Of a stretch of DNA of 64,000 nucleotides, positions 10,267-19,001 are shown one piece after another. Made by a program: the position numbers and the translations under genes. The notes below the pieces were generated by a model. That model was given only the letters and a program-made list of their open reading frames with translations, was not told the origin of the DNA and ran no database searches. Source of the stretch: a virus. The stretch spans positions 51,929 through 115,928 of the IMG/VR virus record IMGVR_UViG_3300027792_000013. The stretch is one strand, 5' to 3'. Positions within the stretch are counted from its first letter, which is position 1. Each line of letters opens with the position of its first letter.

Positions 10267-10945
10267 TGCTGTATCCTAAACAAGTTTCACATTTTTTAAT
10301 AATTCTATTTTCAATATTCGTTTCCCAAATATTCCCCAAAACACAATCACTACTATCATCAAAACACTCACAACATCTTACTATTTTACCATTAGATAGT
10401 ACTACCACCTCATTATTTACAAGAAAAGAACAATTTTTGAAATCACTCCTTTTCTCTGTATTATTTAATTGACCCAGGTCCCGCAATCGTTTGGTAAAAC
10501 ATTTGAATCCATTATTTAAAAGATCTAGTATAATGTCTTTATATTTTTCTTCGTCAAAAAATAATATATTTATTTTATCTTTGTCATTTTTTATTTCACT
10601 CAAATTTTTAATTGAGTTATAATTGTGAAAGGAAATGTATAATTTACTTAACCCCATTTTTATTAAAGACGAAAAATTACTATTAGTTAATAGAATTCCA
10701 TTCGTATTTAATTCAACTTTTATTTTTTTATTATTTAATACTTTTATTGTATATAATAATATATCTAATTCCAAAAGACTTTCTCCAAAATGATGTAATC
10801 GTACTTTTTTCGATGTGATAATATTACATATATGGTCTATCACATCTTTATCAATTGTTTTAATAGGTCTTGTCATCGCACTTCTTGGGCAATAATAACA
10901 ACTTAAGTTACATTTATTTGTTATTTCAATTTGATATATATTCAT
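10229..10945 (-). CDS. Radical SAM enzyme with SPASM/twitch-type C-terminus
   Basis: EITNKCNLSCYYCPR (CxxxCxxC), FGESLL, NTNG, C-terminal C...GKIVRCC...CETC. Confidence 0.88.
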   Translation of the reverse strand: MNIYQIEITNKCNLSCYYCPRSAMTRPIKTIDKDVIDHICNIITSKKVRLHHFGESLLELDILLYTIKVLNNKKIKVELNTNGILLTNSNFSSLIKMGLSKLYISFHNYNSIKNLSEIKNDKDKINILFFDEEKYKDIILDLLNNGFKCFTKRLRDLGQLNNTEKRSDFKNCSFLVNNEVVVLSNGKIVRCCECFDDSSDCVLGNIWETNIENRIIKKCETCLGYSNDHGESEKKNVR

Positions 10946-11326
10946 CTAATAATACTCTTTTAGTGATCCATTTTCATTATCTTCTGATATTTCAATTTTA
11001 ATTTTTCTTTTAGGAAATTTGGTGGAAATTTTTTTATAAAAAAAATCAGATATTGCCTCACAAGATTTGTTATTAAGATTCTTATTTTTTATTAAAGATT
11101 CTACGAAACTTTTGAATAAAAAGAACTCTATATCACGATCATTGTGGAAAACTTCTATCCATATTTTTACATAAAAAATATGACGGTGGATATTTTTTAA
11201 AAATTTTACTTCTGGTGGGGCATCTGTATATCGATGAAACCCAACAAAATTAGTAGTAATCCATATAAAACTATTCATTCTATTTCTTAATGTAATGTAA
11301 AAATTCTTCTTTTGTACTAATATCAA
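10946..11326 (-). CDS. dpdL: QueD-paralogous T-fold protein, DpdL-like (likely start at the internal Met of MNSFIW)
   Basis: GFHRY..AP.EV.FLKNIHRHIF (LxxxHRHxF), HNDRDIEF, SCEAI, SEDNENG. Confidence 0.7.
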   Translation of the reverse strand: MILVQKKNFYITLRNRMNSFIWITTNFVGFHRYTDAPPEVKFLKNIHRHIFYVKIWIEVFHNDRDIEFFLFKSFVESLIKNKNLNNKSCEAISDFFYKKISTKFPKRKIKIEISEDNENGSLKEYY

Positions 11327-11894
11327 GAAAACAGCCTTTTAATGAAGTAGTTATCATCCAGGCATTCGGTTCTTGAATTCCTCTGATCTGCATGCAACCA
11401 TGTTGAGCTTTAATATAAACTCCACATCCTACCGGTTGAAGTTTTTCATCAATGAACTCCGATATTTGTTCCGTTAATTCTTCTTGAATTTGTGGTCTTT
11501 TGGTAAACCAATCAACAATTCGAGCCAGCTTAGAAATGCCAGTAATTAGCTTATTGGGAATGTATCCTATATAAGCCTCACCAACAAATGGGACAAAATG
11601 ATGAGAACATAATGAATTTACGCGAATTGGACCCAAAACAATCATAGAGTTAATCTGTTTGGTATTGACGAAAAATGTTATCTTTGGAGACGGTTCATAA
11701 CAGCCTTTTAAAAGTTCCCTAACATACATTTTGGCAATTCTTTTAGGGGTTTCGTTTAAATTTTGATCTAAATTCATATCAAATCCCAAGATCTTTAAAA
11801 TTGATATAAAATGAGTTTGTACTTCGTCTTCCATGATTTTCAATTCAGATTCCGTTTTTATCTTATTGTCATTCGCAATTCCTAGTCCTGGCAT
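11280..11894 (-). CDS. folE: GTP cyclohydrolase I
   Basis: ETPKRIAKMY, SLCSHHFVPF, GISKLAR, RPQIQE, HGCMQIRG. Confidence 0.95.
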   Translation of the reverse strand: MPGLGIANDNKIKTESELKIMEDEVQTHFISILKILGFDMNLDQNLNETPKRIAKMYVRELLKGCYEPSPKITFFVNTKQINSMIVLGPIRVNSLCSHHFVPFVGEAYIGYIPNKLITGISKLARIVDWFTKRPQIQEELTEQISEFIDEKLQPVGCGVYIKAQHGCMQIRGIQEPNAWMITTSLKGCFLDISTKEEFLHYIKK

Positions 11895-11953
11895 TTTTAC
11901 TCCTTCTTTTAAATCAATTTATTGGTCTATTATAATATATTTCATATTTTTAC

Positions 11954-12562
11954 TTAATATAATCTGGCATGTAAATAAAACTTATCAGCTATATTTGTAC
12001 TAAGATTCAAAATAACTAGTTTTGTTTCAAATATTAACGTCCAGTTATCAGGTAAATCAGTTCCAAATAATCCAGAAGATCCAAGAACAAAATTATGTTC
12101 TACATAATCTCCTTCACTAGTATTTTTTGGTTGAATTTGATTTATTACATGTTTTTTATCAACTAGTTGAAATTCTTCATATCCAATAGAAGCTAGAAAA
12201 TCTATAATCTCGCTTGAAATAGTTTCCACAGATAAAAATTTTGGTTTTTCTTTTAATTTTCTTAAACACTTAATTATTTTAAAATCATAATCTTTAATAC
12301 CAATTTTTAAATAATAAGGTAAACCATAATTAGTAAATAAATCTATTAGAGGAATACAATTTTTATCGGTTATATCGATATTTAATAAACGCAATTGTTT
12401 ATTACTAATATAACTTTGAAATTTATTTTCATCTTCATCTTCATCATGTTCTATATATTCCTTATTAACAACGTTCATAGAAACAACGGTAAACCCCTTC
12501 TTTAAATAAAATTCTATATCTTGTTCATTACATCCGATGTCAAAAATTAAATTCTTTCGCAT
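11954..12562 (-). CDS. FkbM-family methyltransferase-like protein with degenerate SAM motifs
   Basis: LIFDIGCN..FYLKKGF.VV, YGLPYYLKI, FLSVE, GSSGLFG.DLP. Confidence 0.6.
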   Translation of the reverse strand: MRKNLIFDIGCNEQDIEFYLKKGFTVVSMNVVNKEYIEHDEDEDENKFQSYISNKQLRLLNIDITDKNCIPLIDLFTNYGLPYYLKIGIKDYDFKIIKCLRKLKEKPKFLSVETISSEIIDFLASIGYEEFQLVDKKHVINQIQPKNTSEGDYVEHNFVLGSSGLFGTDLPDNWTLIFETKLVILNLSTNIADKFYLHARLY

Positions 12563-12578
12563 TTATTTTTCCTCCTTA

Positions 12579-12809
12579 TCACCTTTCAGAAACTTTAGCA
12601 AATTTAGCATATTCAGAAAATACAATATCAGTACCATAAAATTCGTTATGTTTATCAATAATTTTAAATATTCGATTTCCACAAGCTAAAAATGATTTGT
12701 TCTCTAAATTTTGACCAGCAAATATATCACTCGTTGGTAATTCTATCAATATATAAACCATTCTTTTGGTTGTAACTGAAATGTCCTTAGCATATATTAT
12801 TTGTGTCAT
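12579..12809 (-). CDS. Hypothetical protein
   Basis: Co-oriented ORF in the cluster. Confidence 0.5.
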   Translation of the reverse strand: MTQIIYAKDISVTTKRMVYILIELPTSDIFAGQNLENKSFLACGNRIFKIIDKHNEFYGTDIVFSEYAKFAKVSER

Positions 12810-12818
12810 ACTATCTTT

Positions 12819-13562
12819 TTATACTCCTCTTTTATTGCCCCAAAGTAAAACATGAAGTCTTGGGGTAACCCTGAAATCTGTAGTAAATGCTTTTCTTAGA
12901 TTGATTTCTTTTAAAACATCAATTAGAAATTTTAGATCTTCTACCATTTGAGTTTGTTCTGTACCCTTTGGCATTAGATAGATGCAACATTGTTGTGGGT
13001 CCATCAAGTTCCAAAATTTCAACAAATTGTGAATTTTAACTAATTGTTTTGCAATTTTTTCAGGAATTTTTTCCTGAAGGTTTATAACAAACTTCAAATT
13101 AACCGTTTTAATATTAGATAGAGCCACAATATTGGTGAAACAATCTCCGATTTTCTTTATAAATTGTAATTTTGGAGAAATATTTAAAGTAATTTTTCTT
13201 TTATATAGAGGATATTCCATTCGATTAATAAATTCTGTTGGTATAATGGTCCCATTAGTTTCAATTTCAATACCGAAGATATATGGTAATAAATAGATTC
13301 GATCAATAAACTCCATAAACCCTTGTTGAAGAAATGGTTCGCCCCCCGTAATAACTATATTACGACTACCAAATTTTTCAATTTGCATTAGAATTTGCTC
13401 AATACTCATTTCCTGAAATTCTTTTGATTTTGACGCAAATTTTGAATCACAAAAATCACAAGAAAGATTACAGCCAGCGAATCGAATAAATGTTGACAAA
13501 ACACCAATATTAGGTCCTTCACCTTGAATTCCAACAAAAATTTCACTGACCCACATTTTCAT
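12819..13562 (-). CDS. queE: 7-carboxy-7-deazaguanine synthase (radical SAM)
   Basis: EIFVGIQGEG, FIRFAGCNLSCDFCDS, ITGGEP, IETNGT, ISPK, PRLHVLLWG. Confidence 0.93.
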   Translation of the reverse strand: MKMWVSEIFVGIQGEGPNIGVLSTFIRFAGCNLSCDFCDSKFASKSKEFQEMSIEQILMQIEKFGSRNIVITGGEPFLQQGFMEFIDRIYLLPYIFGIEIETNGTIIPTEFINRMEYPLYKRKITLNISPKLQFIKKIGDCFTNIVALSNIKTVNLKFVINLQEKIPEKIAKQLVKIHNLLKFWNLMDPQQCCIYLMPKGTEQTQMVEDLKFLIDVLKEINLRKAFTTDFRVTPRLHVLLWGNKRGV

Positions 13563-13563
13563 T

Positions 13564-14073
13564 TTAGCCTTCTATGATAATCATATTGTTTTCGGTTTCT
13601 GAAAACTCTAATCGATACAACTCAATTGAATTATCTGATTTTATTGTTTCAATAATTTCTGGAATGATTTTTGAACTAATATGACGAAAAAATATTCGGC
13701 CTAAAATTTCAGAGGTTAGACTGTTTGATTCCAAAGGACTAAAGACGATAATCTTTTCTGGATAAATTGAAAATTCTTTTTCTTTTTTAGTAACTACCGG
13801 TAAAGTTGGAAACATTTGATGTAAAATTGGATCTTCGGAAGATAAAAATAAAGCGTGATCAATAGTTTTAAAAAAGTCTTTAATGGGCTTCAAATCATTG
13901 AAATCTATAATCATTCCAACGTTATTCAAACTCCCACCTAAAAAAATAGATACTACTCCGCTGTGACCATGAAGATTTCTACACGCACATTCTATATTAT
14001 AAGCGGTTTTTTTCTGATCATAGATTCGATGAGCATATTCAAATCTATATGTTTTTTTGATTGATGTAGTCAT
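13564..14073 (-). CDS. queD: 6-carboxy-5,6,7,8-tetrahydropterin synthase
   Basis: FEYAHR, CRNLHGHS, GMIIDF, IDHA, TSE, SETE. Confidence 0.9.
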   Translation of the reverse strand: MTTSIKKTYRFEYAHRIYDQKKTAYNIECACRNLHGHSGVVSIFLGGSLNNVGMIIDFNDLKPIKDFFKTIDHALFLSSEDPILHQMFPTLPVVTKKEKEFSIYPEKIIVFSPLESNSLTSEILGRIFFRHISSKIIPEIIETIKSDNSIELYRLEFSETENNMIIIEG

Positions 14074-14300
14074 TTCTTTACCTCGATTATTGCAACCCCA
14101 CCCAGATAATTCAAAGCTACTAAATATTCATGGGATTTGTAGTTAAGAATATAAACATCAGCTGCTAGGTTAGTACTTCCCATTTCACATAGTTTCGAAT
14201 ATGAAACATCTTTTGTAATGTAATAGGTGTTTAACCCAAACAATAACCCAATCCCTAAAACACCAACCAAACACAAAATTATTGTTTTTTTACATTTCAT
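14070..14300 (-). CDS. Small membrane-anchored protein, probably leaderless
   Basis: N-terminal hydrophobic segment; ATG 6 nt after TATAAT. Confidence 0.55.
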   Translation of the reverse strand: MKCKKTIILCLVGVLGIGLLFGLNTYYITKDVSYSKLCEMGSTNLAADVYILNYKSHEYLVALNYLGGVAIIEVKK

Positions 14301-14306
14301 ATCTAT

Positions 14307-14334
14307 ATTATATAATAGATTTGTAAAAAACTTT
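14307..14334 (-). promoter_or_regulatory. AAGTT-N16-TATAAT promoter upstream of the queD-queE block
   Basis: TAAAGTT ttttacaaatctatta TATAAT atagat ATG. Confidence 0.7.
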
Positions 14335-15010
14335 AGGATTGTGTAGGTTGAATATTTGTTGAAGTTGTTCTAAATTCTTGCTTGCAAAATTTTGATCTTT
14401 CAATTAGATCTATGTAACTGTAATTCAAATATCTTCCAGATTGCCCATTATTATACCAGAAATATGCTTTGGCTAAATCCCCATTTGCCTCTTTGAGATA
14501 TCGCAAAAATATTTCTGCACCTAATTCAATATTGTACTCCACCTCAAAAATTCGATTGATGTCAATATCGAGTTCATCTTTCCAAACATTGTAGTTAACC
14601 TGAGATACACCATATGCAATAGGAAATCCGGAGGAATTTCTAGATACTGCCAGTGGATCAAAAACAGATTCAATATGAAGTATTGGCAAAAAATTGTAGG
14701 GGTTCAATTTCTTTTTTTGGCATATATCATAGGTGTGTTTCAAAATAGAAGCAAATACTGGAAACCTAGCCTGGTAACCAAATTCAACAAACTTTAGAAA
14801 CTCATAATCCCTAGTGTTTTTTTGATAGATTTCAAAATCCATTCGCAAATTTTTGTGTTCGTTTTTTGCGAATTCATTAAATGTTTTCAAGGTTGTTTGA
14901 TACTTTACATAATAAGCACCCGCGACATTTCCTAAAAACATTATAGATATAATCAAAACAAAGTTCAAAATAATAGACATTCTCAACCATTGATTCTTTT
15001 TGTTTTTCAT
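14333..15010 (-). CDS. SLT-family lytic transglycosylase with N-terminal TM anchor
   Basis: ILHIESVFDPLAVS, AYGVSQVN, NIELGAEI, YNNG. Confidence 0.82.
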   Translation of the reverse strand: MKNKKNQWLRMSIILNFVLIISIMFLGNVAGAYYVKYQTTLKTFNEFAKNEHKNLRMDFEIYQKNTRDYEFLKFVEFGYQARFPVFASILKHTYDICQKKKLNPYNFLPILHIESVFDPLAVSRNSSGFPIAYGVSQVNYNVWKDELDIDINRIFEVEYNIELGAEIFLRYLKEANGDLAKAYFWYNNGQSGRYLNYSYIDLIERSKFCKQEFRTTSTNIQPTQS

Positions 15011-15432
15011 GTTGACCTCCTACAGAAAACAAATCGGTCGTCGAAAATAGGAATAAATTCATTTTTAATTTTTTCCCATTTTTCGATCTCATTGTTTTTG
15101 AGCATAGGCTCTATAATGAAAATTTGTTTTTTATCTTTTGAAACTTCAAGAAGCTCTTGAAATGATTTTTTGATAAGTGAAATGCTATCGTCAATTGAAT
15201 CGTTACTGGTATATTTGAAAGGAAATACTGCACGATTATGGACAAACTCAAATACTCTGATTTTCTTTTTAAGTTCTTCTTGGCATAATGAAAACTCATG
15301 GGGTTCAATTCCTGGAATTCTAGTCGAAAATTGATTTGTTACTCTTAATTTTCTACCCAAAGGAAAACACAAAAAAACAACCAATCCATTTTTCATTGTA
15401 CCATTCAAACTCTTAATACTAACAGTCCTCAT
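15007..15432 (-). CDS. Hypothetical protein
   Basis: GGAG RBS; upstream promoter at 15450-15476. Confidence 0.6.
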   Translation of the reverse strand: MRTVSIKSLNGTMKNGLVVFLCFPLGRKLRVTNQFSTRIPGIEPHEFSLCQEELKKKIRVFEFVHNRAVFPFKYTSNDSIDDSISLIKKSFQELLEVSKDKKQIFIIEPMLKNNEIEKWEKIKNEFIPIFDDRFVFCRRST

Positions 15433-15449
15433 TTTTACTCCAAAGATAA

Positions 15450-15477
15450 ATTATATTGGATTTTAGCAAAAAACTTA
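15450..15477 (-). promoter_or_regulatory. AAGTT-N16-TATAAT promoter
   Basis: TTTAAGTT ttttgctaaaatccaa TATAAT. Confidence 0.7.
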
Positions 15478-15488
15478 AAAAAATCAAT

Positions 15489-16079
15489 TTAAAAAATTTT
15501 TTCCTTTTTGAAATTTTCATACAACAAATTCAAAGTCCAAATACTATCAACAATATCAGCAAATGGACTCTGCCCAACTTTCATATTAGTTTTTATAGCG
15601 GTTTCTCCGAATTTCTGAACAAAGAATTCATACATCACAACTTTATTTGAATTTCCCTTTCCTGTAGCAAATTTTTTTATTGTTGTTGGGGGATATACGG
15701 TAACTGGGATATTTCTTACATACAATTCGTATTTGAGAATTCCAGTGGCCTCCGCAATTTTGTAGGAATAATTACCCCTAACACCAAACGCGTAGTTTTC
15801 AAATGCTGCTACAATATTAGATGTTTTGTATTCAAAATGAAGATGTTCTATTTCACTAATGAAATGACTTGCTAAATCAGCATAATGTTCAATTGAAGAA
15901 TAACTATCATTTTGTTTAACAATTCTGAAATCAAAGCTTTGATTTAAAGTCTTTTTTGGTGGATCTTTTGTTATCACTAAAGTTTTTATGTTTGATAATT
16001 TCATGGGAAGATCTGAAACGATGGATGCCATAGAAGGCGAATTTAGTGAATAATCAAATGCTATTAATAACGTACTCAT
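15489..16079 (-). CDS. RuvC-like Holliday junction resolvase
   Basis: IAFDYSLNSP, FENYAFG, IKKFATGKGNSNK, DIVDS. Confidence 0.82.
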   Translation of the reverse strand: MSTLLIAFDYSLNSPSMASIVSDLPMKLSNIKTLVITKDPPKKTLNQSFDFRIVKQNDSYSSIEHYADLASHFISEIEHLHFEYKTSNIVAAFENYAFGVRGNYSYKIAEATGILKYELYVRNIPVTVYPPTTIKKFATGKGNSNKVVMYEFFVQKFGETAIKTNMKVGQSPFADIVDSIWTLNLLYENFKKEKIF

Positions 16080-16097
16080 TATAGATTTATTAATTGC

Positions 16098-16463
16098 TCA
16101 TTCCGCATGTAATACATCTGTTGGGCTATCCAATTTTGTAAATCTTGGCCATCCCGGTCGTGGTGTATCAATATATTTGTACTCTCTTTCCATTCTAGAC
16201 ATATCTCTTAATGTAAGTTTTACAACACGAATATTAACAACTGAAACATCTTTCGGGGATGAATTATCCTTTTCTACAAACATAGCAAATAGTAAAATAT
16301 CTCCAGGAATAATTTTGGTTCCAAATACGGATTTTTTACCAAGCATTTTCTTCAACTTTTCTTCGGTAACTGGTTCAGAATTTTTTAATTGTATTGTAAA
16401 TGCTTTAAATACTTTTGATTTTTTTCTCATAATAAAATCGTCTGGATCTACCCAATGTTCCAT
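16098..16463 (-). CDS. Hypothetical late protein
   Basis: AAGGAG RBS; TATAAATA late promoter at 16492-16499. Confidence 0.6.
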   Translation of the reverse strand: MEHWVDPDDFIMRKKSKVFKAFTIQLKNSEPVTEEKLKKMLGKKSVFGTKIIPGDILLFAMFVEKDNSSPKDVSVVNIRVVKLTLRDMSRMEREYKYIDTPRPGWPRFTKLDSPTDVLHAE

Positions 16464-16501
16464 TTTATACTCCTTTTATTCATCATGTCTTTATTTATAA
16501 A

Positions 16502-18628
16502 TCATTTTATTGTTTCAACTGTTGAAAACAAGTCTTTTTGTACTTTCAAAATTTTATCAAATTCTAAGTTAAAACTTTCTTCCCTATGGGATACCACATA
16601 AATAGTTTGACCCAAAGTCGTAAACAATTTCAAAATTTTTACTAGCCCATGTATACCTTCAAGATCTAAACTACTATCTAAGACCTCATCGAAAATAAGA
16701 AGGTTTATATCACAGCTGCTTTTCATTTTTGCGAAACTTGCGAATGTAAGTAGCAAGGACAAATCCAATCTTTGTCTTTCTCCTCCACTAAAATTTTCAT
16801 ACTCAACTTCCTCGTTTACTCTAATAAAGATTTTGCAATCCAAAGTTTCGTTAAACAAGACTGAGTACTCAGTTTCAAATATACTCAAAAATTCATTGAC
16901 TTTCGTATTTAAAACACTTAAATATTTGTTGATAATATATGATCTTATTCCTCCATCAGACAAGCTTTGTTCAATAATTTTCAGATACTTCAGAACTTCG
17001 TCTTTCTTAGTTAAAGTCGAATTGTGTTCCGTCAATAATTCTCTTTGTTCTTTAAGAAGATTTTCTTGGTTATCACTATTCATGACTTGTGGAACCACTG
17101 AATTAAATTCTTTTTCTAAACCAGCAATTTGACCTTCGATCCCTGAAATAGCCTTTAAAATTCTCTGTTGTTCATTTTGTGCTTCTTTTGCTGTCTCTAC
17201 TGCCTTTTTTATTTCTACAATCTTATCGTTGATAGCATATAATTCATCTTTTTTTGTCTGTATCAGATTTTCGTTTTTCTGTTTTTCTTCTTTGACTTTT
17301 GTGTTTAATTCATTAATGAGTTCATTCAATTTGGTTTCTAGTGCTTCAACCTCCTTTAATTCTGGTTTAATTTTCTCTGAGTATTCACTAGTAATTTTTT
17401 GTATCTCAGATTTTTCTATTGAATTGCATTTTCCTATTTTAACCCGCAGTTTTTGAATCTCTTCGTTGTTTGCTTTAATTTGTTCCTCTGCTTGTTTTAT
17501 TTTTTCTGCTTTTAATTCATCAGTAATTTCTTGGAAGCATAAAGGACATTTTGATTTGGTTTCATCACTTTTGAAAAAATTCAATAGTTTTGTTGGCTCA
17601 GCTAAATCTCTTTCCAATAATTTTATTTCTGTAGAATATTGATCAATATCTTTTTTTGTCTCATTTTTGATTTGGTTTGTATGTTCTTGTTGTTGGTTCC
17701 CATATCTTTCAATTTTAAGGTCGAGTTCTGATTTTTTAGTTTTAATGTTTGAAATTTTTTGGTCATATTCTTGTTTGATTTTTTGATTATAATCATCGTT
17801 TTCTAGAGTCATAATCTCATTTTGAAGATTTGTTCTTGAAACCAAAAGAGGTTCAATATTGTTTTCGATTAAACTCCGAGATTTTTTCTCTAATTCTTCA
17901 AGAGACAATTTAAATCCCAAAAGTTTATCTTTGTTTTCTTCAATTTCTCTTTTAATGATTTCCTTTTTTTTCTCAGCATTTTGTTTTTGATCTTCGTTAT
18001 AAGTTGTAATTCGTTTTAATTCTTGTTTGAGCGCTTCAATTTGAATCTCTACCTTTTCTTTTGCTATTTTGGTTTCCTGAATTTGAGTTCCGATTTTCTT
18101 TAGTTTTCCGCTATTAACTTCTTTCAGTTTTGACAAGATATTTAAATCAAATAACTGTTCAATAATTTCTCGTTTCTGTTGCAAAGGCAGGCGTAAAAAT
18201 GGAGTAAAATAACTGCTACCCATTGTTATGATTTGTCTAAAGATTTTTTCGTCGAAACCTAAAATTTGGGTCTCAAGATATTCTTGGTATTCCCTAGCTC
18301 CTAACTGTTTTACCATTTCATTGTTTTTATAGATTTCAAAAACAGCTGGTTTTTGTCCCCTAACAATTTTGTATTCAATATTATTTTTTGTAAAAATCTG
18401 TGTAACCAACAAGTTCTTTCCGGTATATCTATTGGTTAAATTCCCTAATACAATTTTTCTATATGGTTTTCCGAAAAAAACATAATTTAAGGCATCAACC
18501 AAAACTGATTTGCCTTGACCATTTTTACCGGTCATTAAAACCAAGTTGTTTTCTTCTAGATTGAATTCGATATCTGAATTCCCATATGATAAAAAATTCT
18601 TGAATGTTAATTTACCCAATCTAACCAT
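16502..18628 (-). CDS. gp46: gp46 SbcC/Rad50-like recombination ATPase
   Basis: FKNFLSYGN, GKNGQGKS, coiled coil with CPLC hook, FSGGERQR, IFDEVLD, VSH. Confidence 0.95.
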   Translation of the reverse strand: MVRLGKLTFKNFLSYGNSDIEFNLEENNLVLMTGKNGQGKSVLVDALNYVFFGKPYRKIVLGNLTNRYTGKNLLVTQIFTKNNIEYKIVRGQKPAVFEIYKNNEMVKQLGAREYQEYLETQILGFDEKIFRQIITMGSSYFTPFLRLPLQQKREIIEQLFDLNILSKLKEVNSGKLKKIGTQIQETKIAKEKVEIQIEALKQELKRITTYNEDQKQNAEKKKEIIKREIEENKDKLLGFKLSLEELEKKSRSLIENNIEPLLVSRTNLQNEIMTLENDDYNQKIKQEYDQKISNIKTKKSELDLKIERYGNQQQEHTNQIKNETKKDIDQYSTEIKLLERDLAEPTKLLNFFKSDETKSKCPLCFQEITDELKAEKIKQAEEQIKANNEEIQKLRVKIGKCNSIEKSEIQKITSEYSEKIKPELKEVEALETKLNELINELNTKVKEEKQKNENLIQTKKDELYAINDKIVEIKKAVETAKEAQNEQQRILKAISGIEGQIAGLEKEFNSVVPQVMNSDNQENLLKEQRELLTEHNSTLTKKDEVLKYLKIIEQSLSDGGIRSYIINKYLSVLNTKVNEFLSIFETEYSVLFNETLDCKIFIRVNEEVEYENFSGGERQRLDLSLLLTFASFAKMKSSCDINLLIFDEVLDSSLDLEGIHGLVKILKLFTTLGQTIYVVSHREESFNLEFDKILKVQKDLFSTVETIK

Positions 18629-18992
18629 TTTTAACCACCTTGATTCTATAGGATTTTATAGCTGTAAAAAATCGATGAAACAAATTTGGTTTTTTTCGTA
18701 AAGCTAAAAACTTTAATTGCACATCTGTGATAAGTGGTTCTAACCATTTGTCAATATTGGCTTGATTTGGTATGGGCAATTCAATAAAAGCTGAGTCTGT
18801 ATGATTAATATTATATAGCTCAGCTCTAACAAACTCTAGAAAATCCTTTAATTTATTTTGTTCATCTCTATTTTTTTCTTTTAACATTAACTGATAATAA
18901 GTAGCAAACCATTCCTTGGGATTATATTGTTTCTGTAATAGCCCCATGACAACCATATCATGAAAATGTTTCATATAAACTTCAGTTTCCAT
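18621..18992 (-). CDS. Hypothetical protein
   Basis: Between gp47 and gp46. Confidence 0.55.
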   Translation of the reverse strand: METEVYMKHFHDMVVMGLLQKQYNPKEWFATYYQLMLKEKNRDEQNKLKDFLEFVRAELYNINHTDSAFIELPIPNQANIDKWLEPLITDVQLKFLALRKKPNLFHRFFTAIKSYRIKVVKNG

Positions 18993-19001
18993 TTTTTTGC
19001 C

